From an uncultured Chloroflexota bacterium (GTDB taxonomy: Bacteria > Chloroflexota > Dehalococcoidia > GIF9 > AB-539-J10): a stretch of 64,000 nucleotides of DNA. Shown here piece after piece: positions 27,429 to 38,878 of the stretch. The stretch lies in the NCBI GenBank assembly GCA_903884455.1, contig CAISEW010000003.1, positions 41,313 through 105,312 of the forward strand. Direction: 5' to 3'. Under the pieces are notes generated by a model that saw only the letters and a list, made by a program, of their open reading frames with translations, made no database searches and was not told the DNA's origin. Both the position numbers and the translations under genes were made by a program. Each line of letters begins with the position of its first letter. The stretch's first letter is position 1.

Positions 27429-28540
27429 ACCACGTGAACATAATTGTCCACGCCTATAGGGCGAATAGTTCCCGGGCTTGAGGGGGTGGTGAGTTCTAGA
27501 GCGACTTGGGCTTGGGAAAGGACAGATAAAACATCGGAAAGATATCTTACATTAAAAGCGATTTTCGCCTCTTCTCCGTCAGTGAGAGCGTCCACTTCAC
27601 CAACATTGTCGCCAACCTCTTCAGCCTGAGCTGAAACAGTTATCTTTCCTGGAGCAAGTTCACTACCAGGGGTAATGACCAGGCGAACTATACCACTGGC
27701 ATCGCGAGCAAATATGGAGGACATTTTAGTAACCCGCAAAAATTCATTAATGTCCACTACAGCTCGCGTGGTATAGCTTTGAGGAATAACCTGGGAATAA
27801 TTGGGGAATGAACCTTGAATAAGCTGAGAAACCAGCTCAGCATCCTTGAGGCGGAAGAGAACCTGGCTCTTTTTTTCGTTTACGGTGATTTCTACGGGTT
27901 CCTCCTGTTCACCAATAAGGCGATTCAGTTCATTAAGGGTTCTCGCTGGGATGATAACCGTAGTCTTTTCTTTGACTGGTGAGCTAAGAGTTGTCTTATG
28001 AACAGCTAGCCTGAAGCCATCGGCAGCCGCCAGGTTGAGCTGCTCGCCATCGAATTCAGTGTTAATTCCGGTTAATACCGGGCGGGATTCTTCAGTGGCA
28101 GCAGCAAAGGCGACCTGCGCAATCCCTTCCCTGAGGCTAGCTGCCTCAATGGTGGTAGTTATGCCATCGTTTATCTGAGGGATAGGTGGGAAATCCGCGG
28201 CATCAATGCCATGAATATGAGCTTGAAAATGGCCGCTCTTAAGCTCCAGGATGCGACTGTTAGCGGGAAGATTGACTTCAATTAGGTCGTTGGGTAAGGA
28301 ATTAACAAAGTCGCTGAGCAAGCGAGCAGGTACAGTTATGTCTCCCTTCTGTTTCACTTTAGCACCAACCCAGCACGTGATAGCCATTTCCAGGTTGGTG
28401 GCTGACAATTTGAGACGTGATTGCTCAGCGGATAAAAGGATATTTTGGGTGATAGGTAAAGTGGACCTCGTGGCTACAGCTCTCCCTACAATGCTTAGCC
28501 CCCTATTTAAGTTTTCTTGAAGACAAGATAATTTCATGGA
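27404..28540 (-). CDS. dnaN: DNA polymerase III beta subunit (sliding clamp)
   Basis: MKLSCLQENLNRGLSIV... three-domain clamp. The ORF is open to 28582, but the canonical start is MKLS at 28540. No dnaA is adjacent. Confidence 0.9.
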   Translation of the reverse strand, partial: SMKLSCLQENLNRGLSIVGRAVATRSTLPITQNILLSAEQSRLKLSATNLEMAITCWVGAKVKQKGDITVPARLLSDFVNSLPNDLIEVNLPANSRILELKSGHFQAHIHGIDAADFPPIPQINDGITTTIEAASLREGIAQVAFAAATEESRPVLTGINTEFDGEQLNLAAADGFRLAVHKTTLSSPVKEKTTVIIPARTLNELNRLIGEQEEPVEITVNEKKSQVLFRLKDAELVSQLIQGSFPNYSQVIPQSYTTRAVVDINEFLRVTKMSSIFARDASGIVRLVITPGSELAPGKITVSAQAEEVGDNVGEVDALTDGEEAKIAFNVRYLSDVLSVLSQAQVALELTTPSSPGTIRPIGVDNYVHVVMPMFVQW

Positions 28541-28734
28541 ATACCTCCCCCTCTGTGAATAATGACAGTATACTATCAACAAGTGTAATAATCAATGATT
28601 CTATTTGACATAATACTGGATTCGTTAAAGGCACATTACCACTGGTTATTATGGTTAAGCGAGCTTACTTTCTTAGCTGTAGGCTGGTATTTTCAATCTA
28701 ATAAACCCTCTGCTACAAGACCACCACGCTGTAA

Positions 28735-30258
28735 TTACCGTCTAGAGAGTGCAGTTAATTTCTTTAGCCTGGCTTTGATTTCTTTGGTCAGCATATCAGG
28801 CACAAAACGCCAACACCAATTCCCCTCTGTGGTACCTGGAAGATTCATCCTGGCTTCGCTACCCAATCCCAAAATGTCTTGCATAGGGATGATGGCGGTA
28901 TCGGCAGGGGACATCAAGGCTAGGCGGATGAAATCCCAATTTATCTCGTGACCATCTGTGCCCAGATACTTCAGGGCGACCTGCTTCTCTCTTTCCCTTT
29001 CTTTCCTGCTCTGAGTGCTGTCATTAACATCTTCCTCTCTGAACCAGCCAATAGTGGTATTGTTGTCATGCGTGCCGGTGTATACGACACAGTTTCGTGA
29101 ATAGTTATGCGGCCTGTAATCATCAGCTTTGGGGTCACTGCCAAAGGTAAACTGGAGAACTTTCATGCAGGGAAAGCCGAATTGCTCCCTCAGGGCATCT
29201 ACCTCCGGTGTAATCACTCCTAGGTCTTCAGCAATGATGGGTAGAGCGCCTAACGCGTTCTGCACTGCTTGGAATAGTTCAGCTCCTGATCCGAGGACCC
29301 ACCTGCCATTTAGGGCGGTGGTATCTGTTGCCGGAATCTCCCAGTATTTCTCAAAACCGCGAAAATGATCCAGCCTGATGATGTCCACCATGTCACGTGT
29401 TGCCCGGAAGCGCTCAATCCACCAAGCATAGCCATCCCTGGCTATTACATCCCAGTGATAGAGAGGATTTCCCCATAACTGTCCTGTCTTGCTAAAATAA
29501 TCCGGTGGCACTCCAGCAACCACGGTTGGGTTGTCGCTGTCGTCCAGATAGAACATTTCAGGATGCGACCAGACCTCGGCGCTATTCAGAGCAATAAATA
29601 TAGGCATATCACCGATGAACCTGATCCCGCGCTCGTTGCAATACTTCTTTAGCTTAGACCACTGCTTGAAAAACTGGTATTGCTGATATTTGTGGCAGTA
29701 AATCTCATGAGTCAACTTCTTGCTCCAGCGTTCCAGAGATTTCGGGTGGCGCCTCCGGATATCTTCCTCCCAGGTGTTCCAGGCAGCGAGGCCATGAGCC
29801 TCTTTCAAAGCCATAAACAAGGAGTAAGTTTCAAGCCAGGAGGCATTCTGTTGACAGAAAACCTCGAATTGCTTTTGCTTACCAGGAGCAGCTTTTCTCT
29901 GGAAGGTCTCAAAGGACTTTTTCAACAAGGGCGTCTTAAACTTGATGACTGAGTCATAGTCAACTCTGTCTTTGGGGAAGGAAGGTATATCATCCAAGTC
30001 AGCGGGTTCCAGGGACTTGTCTTCGACCAGTCTTTCCAGACTTATAAGCAGCGGGTTTCCAGCGAAGACCGAAAGGCACTGGTATGGAGAGTTGCCATAG
30101 CCTGTGGGGCCTAGAGGTAAAACCTGCCAAAGGCGCTGCCTGGTGCTAGCCAAGAAATCTGCGAACTGATAGGCCTCCTTTCCCAAGTCTCCTATTCCGA
30201 ATTGGCTCGGGAGTGAGGTTGGGTGCAATAATATGCCACTTGCTCTAGGAAAGCTCAT
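28735..30258 (-). CDS. malQ: 4-alpha-glucanotransferase (amylomaltase, GH77)
   Basis: N-terminus GILLHPTSLPSQFGIGDLG and GH77 catalytic motifs; 507 aa. Confidence 0.9.
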   Translation of the reverse strand: MSFPRASGILLHPTSLPSQFGIGDLGKEAYQFADFLASTRQRLWQVLPLGPTGYGNSPYQCLSVFAGNPLLISLERLVEDKSLEPADLDDIPSFPKDRVDYDSVIKFKTPLLKKSFETFQRKAAPGKQKQFEVFCQQNASWLETYSLFMALKEAHGLAAWNTWEEDIRRRHPKSLERWSKKLTHEIYCHKYQQYQFFKQWSKLKKYCNERGIRFIGDMPIFIALNSAEVWSHPEMFYLDDSDNPTVVAGVPPDYFSKTGQLWGNPLYHWDVIARDGYAWWIERFRATRDMVDIIRLDHFRGFEKYWEIPATDTTALNGRWVLGSGAELFQAVQNALGALPIIAEDLGVITPEVDALREQFGFPCMKVLQFTFGSDPKADDYRPHNYSRNCVVYTGTHDNNTTIGWFREEDVNDSTQSRKEREREKQVALKYLGTDGHEINWDFIRLALMSPADTAIIPMQDILGLGSEARMNLPGTTEGNWCWRFVPDMLTKEIKARLKKLTALSRR

Positions 30259-30462
30259 GCTAACTTATCCCTTATGAGGGTCACCCGGGTCTATGATGAA
30301 ATAGCTGACAATTTCGCCGTGCTTTCGATTGTCCACGACAGATTTGCTATCTTGGAATCTTTGTTTACATCAGTATACAATAGGACATAGCAGTAAACAA
30401 TGCTTGTTGGTAGGAGGGGCTGCGAGTGGGAATAGGGTTTCCTGTACTAACGGGGAGCAAAA

Positions 30463-31455
30463 ATGTCTGAGGATATAACAACTTTGACTCTGGGCATTGA
30501 CCTTGGAGGCACCAAGATACTGACGGCGGTAGTTAATTCTCAAGGTGAAATGCTTTCGAGTGATGAGTGTATAACGCCTGCCACAAAGAGTCGCGAGGCA
30601 GTAATCCAATCCATTTTGGATTCGGCACATCGTGTCTTGAAGCAGGCTAGTGTTGTCATTTCAGAGATTTGTGCCATAGGAGTTGGGGCTGCCGGCATCT
30701 CCAATCCTGAAGCAGGCATACTGTTTACCTCGCCGAATTTGCCCGAGTTAAGAGATGTTCCCCTAAGAGACATAATGCAAGAAAGGCTGGGTAAGAAGAC
30801 CTTTCTCCTCAATGATGCCAATGCCGCTGCACTAGGGGAATTTTATTTTGGCGCCGCCCGGGGTGCTCATAACTTCATCTATATTACTCTTAGCACTGGC
30901 ATCGGCGGAGGCATTGTCATCGACGGCAAAATTTATACTGGAGCCATTGGTGCGGCTGGAGAAGTGGGACATATGACCATTGATGACAACGGCCCCATTT
31001 GCAACTGTGGCAACAGAGGTTGTTGGGAAACGCTGGCCTCAGGGACAGCTCTGGCCAGAGAGACTAAGAATAGGATTAAAGAAGGAGTCAGAACTTCTAT
31101 TCTGGAGTATGCTGAAGGGGACATAGAAAAGGTGACGGCGCAGGTCATTCATAGCGCGGCACAACAAGGTGATAGCCTGGCCAAAGAACTTATTGCTCGG
31201 ACTGGTTACTATGTAGGTGTAGGGCTAGCCAATTTAATAAACATATTCAACCCCGAGTTGATAGTTATTGGTGGTGGTTTATCAAACATCGGTGATATGT
31301 TACTCGGGCCAGCTTTCAAGGTGGTTGAAAAAAGAGCATATAAGGAGACTTTCCAAGCTGTGCGTTTCGCTTCCGCCGAGCTGGGTCGAAATTCCGGCGT
31401 GCTCGGCGCTGCTGTCTTTGCTCTCCAGGAGATGAGAAAGCTCCTTTGTGAGTGA
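30463..31455 (+). CDS. glk: ROK-family glucokinase
   Basis: GIDLGGTK ATP motif; ROK zinc motif CNCGNRGCWE; 330 aa. Confidence 0.8.
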   Translation: MSEDITTLTLGIDLGGTKILTAVVNSQGEMLSSDECITPATKSREAVIQSILDSAHRVLKQASVVISEICAIGVGAAGISNPEAGILFTSPNLPELRDVPLRDIMQERLGKKTFLLNDANAAALGEFYFGAARGAHNFIYITLSTGIGGGIVIDGKIYTGAIGAAGEVGHMTIDDNGPICNCGNRGCWETLASGTALARETKNRIKEGVRTSILEYAEGDIEKVTAQVIHSAAQQGDSLAKELIARTGYYVGVGLANLINIFNPELIVIGGGLSNIGDMLLGPAFKVVEKRAYKETFQAVRFASAELGRNSGVLGAAVFALQEMRKLLCE

Positions 31456-31488
31456 AAGAAAAGACAGGGTCTATCATGAGGTGATGTA

Positions 31489-32499
31489 ATGAACATATCT
31501 ATCGGCAAGCTAAGAGGGCTCCAGCAATTGGCTGATTCCAGGGGCATGATGACAATGTGTGCCATTGACCACAGGGAAGCGCTTAAGCGAGCCCTGAACG
31601 AGAAAAACTCTGCTGCGGTGAGTTACCAGGATATAGTTGATTTTAAGCTTGACCTCTGTCAAGCGGTAGCACCTTTTGCCAGTGCCATATTGCTTGACCC
31701 GGAATATGGAGCTGGTCAGGCTATAGCTGCGGGCCTCTTGCCTGGGCCTAAGGGGCTTCTTGTCAGCATGGAAAAGACCGGTTATAGTGGCGACAGTACC
31801 GCCAGAATCACTGAGCTTCTGCCCGGCTGGAGCGTGAAAAAGGCGAAGAGAATGGGGGCTTCAGCTGTCAAGCTTTTAATCTACTTCAGGCCTGACATAA
31901 AGGATGTCGCCTCAAAACAGCTCGATTTGGTGGCAAGGCTAGCTGCCCAATGCATTATAGAGGATATAGCCTTTCTGGTTGAGCCGGTAAGCTATCCTAT
32001 TGAGGAAAAAGAACGCATAATTCAAGGCGGGACATCCTCGAAGAAGTTTGCTGAGATAAAGCCTGGTCTGGTAATCGAAACTGCCCGGCAGATTACTACC
32101 TTGCCCATTGATGTGTTGAAAGCAGAATTCCCGGCAGATATTAAATTTGAGCAAGATGAAGGAAAGCTGCTGGGGTTATGCCAAGAGTTAAACCAGGCAT
32201 CCCGGCTACCTTGGGTGCTGCTCAGTGCTGGCGTTGATTTCAACTCATTCCAGAAACAAGTAGAGATAGCCTGTAAGGCGGGAGCTTCTGGTTTCTTGGC
32301 AGGGCGTGCCCTGTGGCAGGAGGGCGCCCAAATTCGGTCTCGGGAAGAAAGAATGAATTTTTTCCAGAATACGGCTGCTCCAAGGTTGAAGGAATTGGCA
32401 GAGATAGCTGATAGCTATGGTAAGCCGTGGTATTCCAGGCTAGGGGCTGGAAACGGCAAATTCGCCCCGGTGACAGAGGGCTGGTATCGGAGTTATTGA
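31489..32499 (+). CDS. LacD-family class I aldolase (tagatose/fructose-bisphosphate aldolase-like)
   Basis: ALKRAL...ILLDPEYG...EKTGY...AVKLLIYF matches tagatose-1,6-bisphosphate aldolase (LacD) signatures. Confidence 0.7.
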   Translation: MNISIGKLRGLQQLADSRGMMTMCAIDHREALKRALNEKNSAAVSYQDIVDFKLDLCQAVAPFASAILLDPEYGAGQAIAAGLLPGPKGLLVSMEKTGYSGDSTARITELLPGWSVKKAKRMGASAVKLLIYFRPDIKDVASKQLDLVARLAAQCIIEDIAFLVEPVSYPIEEKERIIQGGTSSKKFAEIKPGLVIETARQITTLPIDVLKAEFPADIKFEQDEGKLLGLCQELNQASRLPWVLLSAGVDFNSFQKQVEIACKAGASGFLAGRALWQEGAQIRSREERMNFFQNTAAPRLKELAEIADSYGKPWYSRLGAGNGKFAPVTEGWYRSY

Positions 32500-32531
32500 T
32501 AGGTAATACTTTGGCAGAGAGAGGCGGTGAT

Positions 32532-33968
32532 ATGAAACGCTCCAGCTTTTTTGGAAAGCGAACCAAAATAGTGTGCACTATTGGTCCGGCTACTGGCTCG
32601 GCTGCAGTGATTGAGCAACTGATAAAGGCTGGCATGAACGTCGCCAGATTTAATCTATCTCACGGTACCTACAGAGAACAAACCCGTCATATCCAGACTG
32701 TAAGGAAGCTGTCCCATCGTCTGGCAATCCCTGTTGCTATACTTATAGATTTGCCAGGGCCAAAGTATCGCACGGGCAAGCTGAAAGATGGTCAAGCCAG
32801 ACTGAAAAAGGGTGCGCAGATTATCCTCACCACAAGGCAAGTAAAGGGAGACGATGGAGTGATACCAATTAATCTTCCTACCCTTCCTCAAGATATAAAA
32901 GTGGGGGATACCGTATTGCTTGATGACGGTGCCATGCAACTCAAGGTACTGGAGAGGCAAGACACAGAGGTTAGATGTAAGGTCATGGTTGGGGGAATAC
33001 TCACAGAGGGACGGGGGCTAGTGGTGCCTGGTATGCGTACCTCTGCCCCTTTCATTAGCGATACTTTACGAGAATGCATTCTCTTTGCTGTCAGGCAGCA
33101 ACCTGATTACCTGGCTCTCTCCTTTGTCAGCAATGCTGAGGATGTAGCCAGTGTCAGAGCTATATTATGTGAGAACGATGCAGATATAGCAATTATTGCC
33201 AAGATTGAAAGGGGCGTGGCAGTTGACAAATTTGACAGCATACTAGCAACTAGCGAAGGCATAATGGTAGCGCGAGGAGACCTCGGTGTGGACATCCCCC
33301 TGGAAAAAGTGCCGCTGGTGCAGAAGGAGATTATCAAGAAATGTAACCAGGCAGGCAAGCCAGTGATTACCGCTACGCAAATGCTGGAGTCCATGGTGAA
33401 CGCCCCTAGGCCAACGCGGGCCGAGGTCACTGATGTGGCTAATGCCATATTTGATGGTACCGATGCCATCATGCTCTCAGAGGAGACCTCCACGGGGAAA
33501 TATCCAATACAGGCAGTAAAGATGATGGTGAAGATTGCCCGTGAGGTAGAAGGCAAACTGCCCTACGAGCAAATGCTGTCAGAACGAGGCAGATGGCTGG
33601 AGCAAAAGACGGATGAATTGATAAGCTATAGTGCCTGCCACACGGCGCAAAGTCTGGGAGCAGCGGCTCTTGTGGCTTTTACCCGGTCTGGCAGCACGGC
33701 AGGGCGGGTATCAAAATACCGACCGAAGATGCCCATTCTGGCGATAACCACTGGTGCTGTGGTTGTGGGGAGATTAATGCTGTGCTGGGGTGTTTATCCC
33801 TTCCAAATAGCCGGGCCCTCGTCGGTGGAAGAGTTATTCGCGATGGGGGCTAAGCTTTCTAAAGAACTAGGTCTGGCAAAACCGGGTGATTTGGTAGTGA
33901 TTACCGGTGGCATTCCGGTTGGGGTGGCTGGATCCACAAATCTGCTCAAAGTGGAAAAAGTCCACTAG
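32532..33968 (+). CDS. pyk: Pyruvate kinase
   Basis: TKIVCTIGPA...ARFNLSHG...MVARGDLG. The track ORF starts at 32427, but the canonical ATG with SD is at 32532. Confidence 0.9.
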   Translation: MKRSSFFGKRTKIVCTIGPATGSAAVIEQLIKAGMNVARFNLSHGTYREQTRHIQTVRKLSHRLAIPVAILIDLPGPKYRTGKLKDGQARLKKGAQIILTTRQVKGDDGVIPINLPTLPQDIKVGDTVLLDDGAMQLKVLERQDTEVRCKVMVGGILTEGRGLVVPGMRTSAPFISDTLRECILFAVRQQPDYLALSFVSNAEDVASVRAILCENDADIAIIAKIERGVAVDKFDSILATSEGIMVARGDLGVDIPLEKVPLVQKEIIKKCNQAGKPVITATQMLESMVNAPRPTRAEVTDVANAIFDGTDAIMLSEETSTGKYPIQAVKMMVKIAREVEGKLPYEQMLSERGRWLEQKTDELISYSACHTAQSLGAAALVAFTRSGSTAGRVSKYRPKMPILAITTGAVVVGRLMLCWGVYPFQIAGPSSVEELFAMGAKLSKELGLAKPGDLVVITGGIPVGVAGSTNLLKVEKVH

Positions 33969-34044
33969 TCGTGCTAGGGTAATCTTGTCATATTCTATGT
34001 GGTGTAAGAGTTTTGCAGCGTGTTGCGGAAATAGCTACCTCGTC

Positions 34045-36135
34045 TCACTGTGAGGATTTAAAAAACACAGCGGCCAGGGGCGGCAGGGTAATGGTCAATG
34101 AATAGGGGCGGCCATGCAAGGGAATCGGCGCTGCTTCCACTCTGCCTAGATTGCCTTGACCGCTGCCTCCATATTCCCTGGCATCGCTGTTTAACAGCTC
34201 TCTCCAGAATCCTGGTTGCGGTACTCCGATTCTATAGTTGAAATGGGTCATGGGGGTAAAATTACACACGACGGCAATAATGTCGTCGCGAGACCGTCCC
34301 TTGCGAATGAGACTAATCACGCTGTGTTCCACATCGTTACAGTCAACCCACTCGAAGCCTGCTGAGTCAAAATCCACCTGGTAAAGGGCAGGCTGACTCC
34401 GATATACACGGTTTAAGTCGCTGACCCACCGCTGAAGACCGGAATGGGGTAAGTATTGAAGCAGATGCCACTCCAGGCTCTCGTCGTGTACCCACTCCCG
34501 CCACTGGCCAAACTCCCCTCCCATAAATAGGAGCTTTTTCCCAGGCTGGGCATACATAGATCCCAGAAGGAGCCTCAAGTTGGCGAACTTTTGCCAGTCG
34601 TCTCCCGGCATCTTCCCTAAGAGTGAACCCTTGCCATGTACAACTTCATCGTGAGAAAGCGGCAGGACGAAGTTTTCAAAGAAAGCATAAATCAAGCGGA
34701 AAGTCAGGTTATTGTGGTGGTATTTTCGATATACGGGATCCTTGGTCATGTACTCCAGAGTATCATGCATCCAGCCCATGTCCCACTTCAGGCCGAAGCC
34801 TAGACCTCCGACATAAGTCGGCCGGGATACCATGGGCCAGGCAGTCGACTCCTCAGCGATGATTTGCACATCAGGTTTCTCCTGGTAGATCGCTTCGTTT
34901 AAGCGTCGCAAGAAAGCGATAGCCTCCAGGTTTTCACGTCCTCCATATTGATTGGGTATCCAGTCACCTTCTTTACGGCCGTAATCCAGATAGAGCATAG
35001 AGGCCACCGCATCTACACGCAAACCATCGACATGATATTTATCGAGCCAGAACAATGCGCTGCTAAGAAGAAAGCTCCTCACTTCTTGTCGACCATAATT
35101 GAAAATAAAACTGTTCCAGTCGGGATGAATGCCCTGTCTCGGGTCACCGTGCTCGTAGAGATGTGTTCCATCGAAATATCCCAGTCCGTGTTCATCATTA
35201 GGGAAATGAGAAGGTACCCAGTCGAGGATGACACCTATGTCATGCTGGTGCAAATAGTCAACGAGGTACATGAAATCCTGGGGGATACCGTAGCGGCTCG
35301 TGGGGGCAAAGTATCCTGTGCTCTGATAGCCCCAGGAGCCATAGAACGGGTGCTCCATTACCGGAAGAAACTCAACATGGGTAAATCCCAGCTGCTTCAG
35401 GTACTCAGCCAACCTGGGAGCCAGTTCCCGATAGCTGAGGTAGCGATTCCCTTCCTCGGGCACCCGCTGCCAGGAGCCCAGATGCACTTCGTAGATGGAG
35501 ATGGGGGCATCAAGTGCATTGTGAGTGCGTCGCTTCTCCATCCACGCCTGGTCTCCCCAGCTATAATCTAAGTCCCAAGCGATGGAGGCTGTTTTGGGAG
35601 GCGTTTCGCTATAGAAAGCAAACGGGTCGGCTTTTTCCACACAATAGCCACGGTGATGAGAGACAACATAATACTTGTAGATTGTGCCCTTAGCCACACC
35701 AGGTATAAATCCTTCCCAGACACCGGATTGCCCTTTTGGGCGCAGTGGGTGGCTTGACTTATCCCAACTGTTAAAGTCACCCATGACAGAGACCTGCTTG
35801 GCATTAGGTGCCCACACGGCAAAATAGGTTCCTTCCACTCCGTCCACCGTCAGGGGATGAGCTCCAAGCTTTTCATAAAGCCGATAATGAGACCCTTCAT
35901 TGAAGAGAAAAAGGTCGTCATTGCTCAGCATGCTTATGTCATAGCGCACTGATTGAGTATTTATCTTATCCTTTGAGGACACCTCTTTCCTTTTGTCCTT
36001 TCCCTCTGTCATTTCTGGATAATGTCTCCTGTCTGACATATATTCCGCGCTCGCAGATAAAGCTCTTCGTATTTTCTGGCCGAGGCTTTCCATGAGAAAT
36101 CTAGCTTCATATTGTGTCTCATCAGGTTTTGCCAT
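34045..36135 (-). CDS. glgB: 1,4-alpha-glucan branching enzyme (GH13)
   Basis: CBM48 and GH13 catalytic motifs. The start is uncertain (Met codons at 36135, 36012 and 35931); the longest ORF overlaps the glgA 3' end. Confidence 0.9.
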   Translation of the reverse strand: MAKPDETQYEARFLMESLGQKIRRALSASAEYMSDRRHYPEMTEGKDKRKEVSSKDKINTQSVRYDISMLSNDDLFLFNEGSHYRLYEKLGAHPLTVDGVEGTYFAVWAPNAKQVSVMGDFNSWDKSSHPLRPKGQSGVWEGFIPGVAKGTIYKYYVVSHHRGYCVEKADPFAFYSETPPKTASIAWDLDYSWGDQAWMEKRRTHNALDAPISIYEVHLGSWQRVPEEGNRYLSYRELAPRLAEYLKQLGFTHVEFLPVMEHPFYGSWGYQSTGYFAPTSRYGIPQDFMYLVDYLHQHDIGVILDWVPSHFPNDEHGLGYFDGTHLYEHGDPRQGIHPDWNSFIFNYGRQEVRSFLLSSALFWLDKYHVDGLRVDAVASMLYLDYGRKEGDWIPNQYGGRENLEAIAFLRRLNEAIYQEKPDVQIIAEESTAWPMVSRPTYVGGLGFGLKWDMGWMHDTLEYMTKDPVYRKYHHNNLTFRLIYAFFENFVLPLSHDEVVHGKGSLLGKMPGDDWQKFANLRLLLGSMYAQPGKKLLFMGGEFGQWREWVHDESLEWHLLQYLPHSGLQRWVSDLNRVYRSQPALYQVDFDSAGFEWVDCNDVEHSVISLIRKGRSRDDIIAVVCNFTPMTHFNYRIGVPQPGFWRELLNSDAREYGGSGQGNLGRVEAAPIPLHGRPYSLTITLPPLAAVFFKSSQ

Positions 36136-37442
36136 TCAGCCCGGTGATAGAAGCTCTCCTCGGCTCTTTTTATCGCCTCCAGCATTTCCAAGACGGTATA
36201 ATTTTGGAACACAAAGCCATTCCCGTTTCCTTCAGCCACGTCCTTCACTGTATCAGCCAGCCCCCCGGTATGTCGCACCACAGGGATGGCACCGTATCGC
36301 ATGGCTATTAGCTGCCCCAATCCACAGGGCTCAAAACGCGAAGGCATGAGGAATATGTCGGAGCCGCTGTAAATAAGACGGGCTAATCGTTCATCATAGG
36401 CAATAAATACCGAGAGGCGATCGGGGTACTTTAGCGCTGCCTCGGCAAGCAATTTATGGTAATGCTCCCTTCCCTGACCAAGGATAACCAGTTGTGCTTT
36501 TGTTTCTGTAATAAACGGGCCTATAGCCTGGAGCAGCAAATCAATCCCCTTTTGCTCCTCAAGACGAGACACCATGCCAAGCAAAGGGATGTCAGGGCTT
36601 TGCGGCAGCCCGCTCTTTCTTTGCAAGGCAAGTTTATTATCAACCCTTTTTTCTATCGTGGTGGAATCATAGTTCCTTTCCAGATAGGGATCGGTAGCTG
36701 GGTTATACTCATCATAATCTATGCCATTCACTATGCCATAAAGCTCATTGCCCCGATAGCTTAGTAATTGCTCCAAGTCCTCACCGTATTGTGGTGTCAG
36801 TATCTCTGAGGCATAGGTAGGGCTGACCGTGGTCACAATGTCAGCCAGAAGAATTCCCTGGCTCATGAAGTTTAGCGATGGCCTGGGAGCACTAACTGGG
36901 ATATATTCCTGCCATACGCGAGAAAGCCCGGAGCGTAGGAAAAACTGCTGGTCAAAGAACCCTTGATAAGCCAGACTGTGGATGGTAAATATACAAGGCA
37001 GCTTCATCTTTGCTTTCTTAAGCCATAAAGGGGTTAAGGCGGTATGCCAGTCATGGCAATGAATAATATCGGGGCGAAAATCAAGCTGGGAAATTATGCT
37101 GGGGATGCTTAGCGAAAAAAAGAGAAAACGCTCCAATTCGCCCTGCGTATAAATTTCCTCGGTCCCAAAGTAATCGTCGTTTTCCACCAGGTATACCGGT
37201 ATCCGCTTTTTTAGCCTGGTCATTTTCAGGGCTACTTGCTCATAATGCCCCATAAAGCTGACAACAACGTTCTTTCCTTGAATGTCTTGGATGGGGGCCT
37301 TTATGCTACCGTATTTGGGCAATATCAAACATGGCTCATGTCCCAAGTCTCGGAGGGCTATAGCTAGGGAACTTGTGACATCTGCCAACCCTCCTACTTT
37401 AGCTAAAGGGAAAGCCTCAGAGGCGATAAACAAAATTCTCAT
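36009..37442 (-). CDS. glgA: Glycogen synthase (GT5)
   Basis: N-terminus [20 protein letters not shown] with the KxGGL motif; 477 aa; one-base overlap with glgC. Confidence 0.9.
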   Translation of the reverse strand: MRILFIASEAFPLAKVGGLADVTSSLAIALRDLGHEPCLILPKYGSIKAPIQDIQGKNVVVSFMGHYEQVALKMTRLKKRIPVYLVENDDYFGTEEIYTQGELERFLFFSLSIPSIISQLDFRPDIIHCHDWHTALTPLWLKKAKMKLPCIFTIHSLAYQGFFDQQFFLRSGLSRVWQEYIPVSAPRPSLNFMSQGILLADIVTTVSPTYASEILTPQYGEDLEQLLSYRGNELYGIVNGIDYDEYNPATDPYLERNYDSTTIEKRVDNKLALQRKSGLPQSPDIPLLGMVSRLEEQKGIDLLLQAIGPFITETKAQLVILGQGREHYHKLLAEAALKYPDRLSVFIAYDERLARLIYSGSDIFLMPSRFEPCGLGQLIAMRYGAIPVVRHTGGLADTVKDVAEGNGNGFVFQNYTVLEMLEAIKRAEESFYHRAEWQNLMRHNMKLDFSWKASARKYEELYLRARNICQTGDIIQK

Positions 37443-38728
37443 TATTGAAATCGGGCTTGGAGAATGTTTTCTCCGCCTGCGACGGAACTACCACTGGGAA
37501 TAAAGAGAGTAGAGAAGTTGTTCTCCTGGACCTCGGAATCGATCTTGCAGTTTCGTCCGACTTTTAACCCTGGGGGCAACCTTGCTCCTTTGCCCACTAC
37601 AGTGATGCCACAATTTAGGTATACGGGTTCGTCCTTATTGGGAGTATAGTCATCGCCATAGCCAATGCAGCATCCTTGGGCGATATAGCATTTCTTGTCA
37701 ATGATGGAGCGGTGGACAACAGCATCTTTGGCAATAATGGTATCATCAAAAACAATGGAGTCTATCACTTGAGCTCCTGCCTCCACATAAACATGGGGAG
37801 AAAGCACCGAATTAAATACGCTGCCGTTTATAATACAGCCATTGCTGACAAGGCTTCTGCTTATTTGAGCCCTTGGTCCTAGTTTTACCGGGGGCATGTC
37901 TACCGAGGGTGTTCTTACTTGACTCCCAGGTTCGTAGAGATTAAATGGGGGCAAATCAATAATGAGGTCCATATTGGCCTGCCAGTAGGCTTCGATTGTG
38001 CCGACATCACGCCAGTAGCCTTGATACTTATAACCATAAACCTGATATTTGTCTATTACATCCGGTATGATCTGGCTGCCAAAATCTTGCAATCCGCGGC
38101 GATGAGCATCTTCTAAGACCTTGAAGAGGATATTCTTGTTAAAGACGTAAATGCCCATGGAAGCCAAGTTGCTTTTTGGTTGTGATGGTTTTTCCTCAAA
38201 GGCAACCACCCTGTTATTATCGTCGAGGAGCACAATGCCAAAGCGATTGGTTTCGTTCCAGGGCACCTCAGTGACTCCAATAGTAATATCAGCTCCCTGG
38301 CGGCGATGAAACTCAATCATCTGCTCGTAATGCATGATATAAACGTGGTCTCCCGAGAGGATGAGAACCTGCTCAACACGGCTGTCCTGTATAAAATCGA
38401 GGTTGTGATAAACAGCCTCGGCAGTGCCTTTATACCAGTGCATCTCTCCATTGGTGCTTACAAAGGGGGAGAGTAAAGCAATCCCCCCGACTACACGATC
38501 GAGGTCCCAGGGTTTGCCCACACCAATGTGGCGTGCTAACGAGCGAGGATTATATTGTGGTATAACAGCTACCGTGTCGATCCCGGAGTTAACACAATTG
38601 CTTAAGGCAAAGTCGATTATACGGTATTTACCACCGAAGGGGACTGCTGGCTTGGCACGCTTTTCTCCTAACACACTTAATCTTCTCCCCTCTCCTCCCG
38701 CAAGAATTAGAGCCAATACCTTTTTCAT
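37442..38728 (-). CDS. glgC: Glucose-1-phosphate adenylyltransferase
   Basis: LAGGEGRRL...[14 protein letters not shown]; left-handed beta-helix C-terminus; 428 aa. Confidence 0.9.
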   Translation of the reverse strand: MKKVLALILAGGEGRRLSVLGEKRAKPAVPFGGKYRIIDFALSNCVNSGIDTVAVIPQYNPRSLARHIGVGKPWDLDRVVGGIALLSPFVSTNGEMHWYKGTAEAVYHNLDFIQDSRVEQVLILSGDHVYIMHYEQMIEFHRRQGADITIGVTEVPWNETNRFGIVLLDDNNRVVAFEEKPSQPKSNLASMGIYVFNKNILFKVLEDAHRRGLQDFGSQIIPDVIDKYQVYGYKYQGYWRDVGTIEAYWQANMDLIIDLPPFNLYEPGSQVRTPSVDMPPVKLGPRAQISRSLVSNGCIINGSVFNSVLSPHVYVEAGAQVIDSIVFDDTIIAKDAVVHRSIIDKKCYIAQGCCIGYGDDYTPNKDEPVYLNCGITVVGKGARLPPGLKVGRNCKIDSEVQENNFSTLFIPSGSSVAGGENILQARFQ

Positions 38729-38878
38729 TTACGCGTTACCTCACCCAACCAAATCCTCGATTTTGTGGGGTAAAATAAATTAGGCAATTACATTTTCTAA
38801 ACAGCCTTATAGTTATTTTAACCGCCCAGGAGCGCTATGTCTAATTCCATTCAATTGAGTTTCTTTTCGAGGTCAATT

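Noticed and set aside
28541-28734. Replication origin next to dnaN
   Set aside because: Only a single one-mismatch DnaA box (TGTGAATAA) upstream of dnaN; no dnaA gene adjacent and no cluster of boxes or AT-rich DUE. The AT-rich stretch at 25.4-25.8 kb belongs to the acquired islet.
37440-37445. One-base inconsistency at the glgC stop / glgA start junction when indexing the displayed sequence by hand (glgA first codon reads TGG instead of ATG)
   Set aside because: All other checked ORF-track coordinates agree with the display, so I treat this as a local indexing or reading problem and keep the track coordinates. If real, glgA would initiate at the TTG three codons further in.
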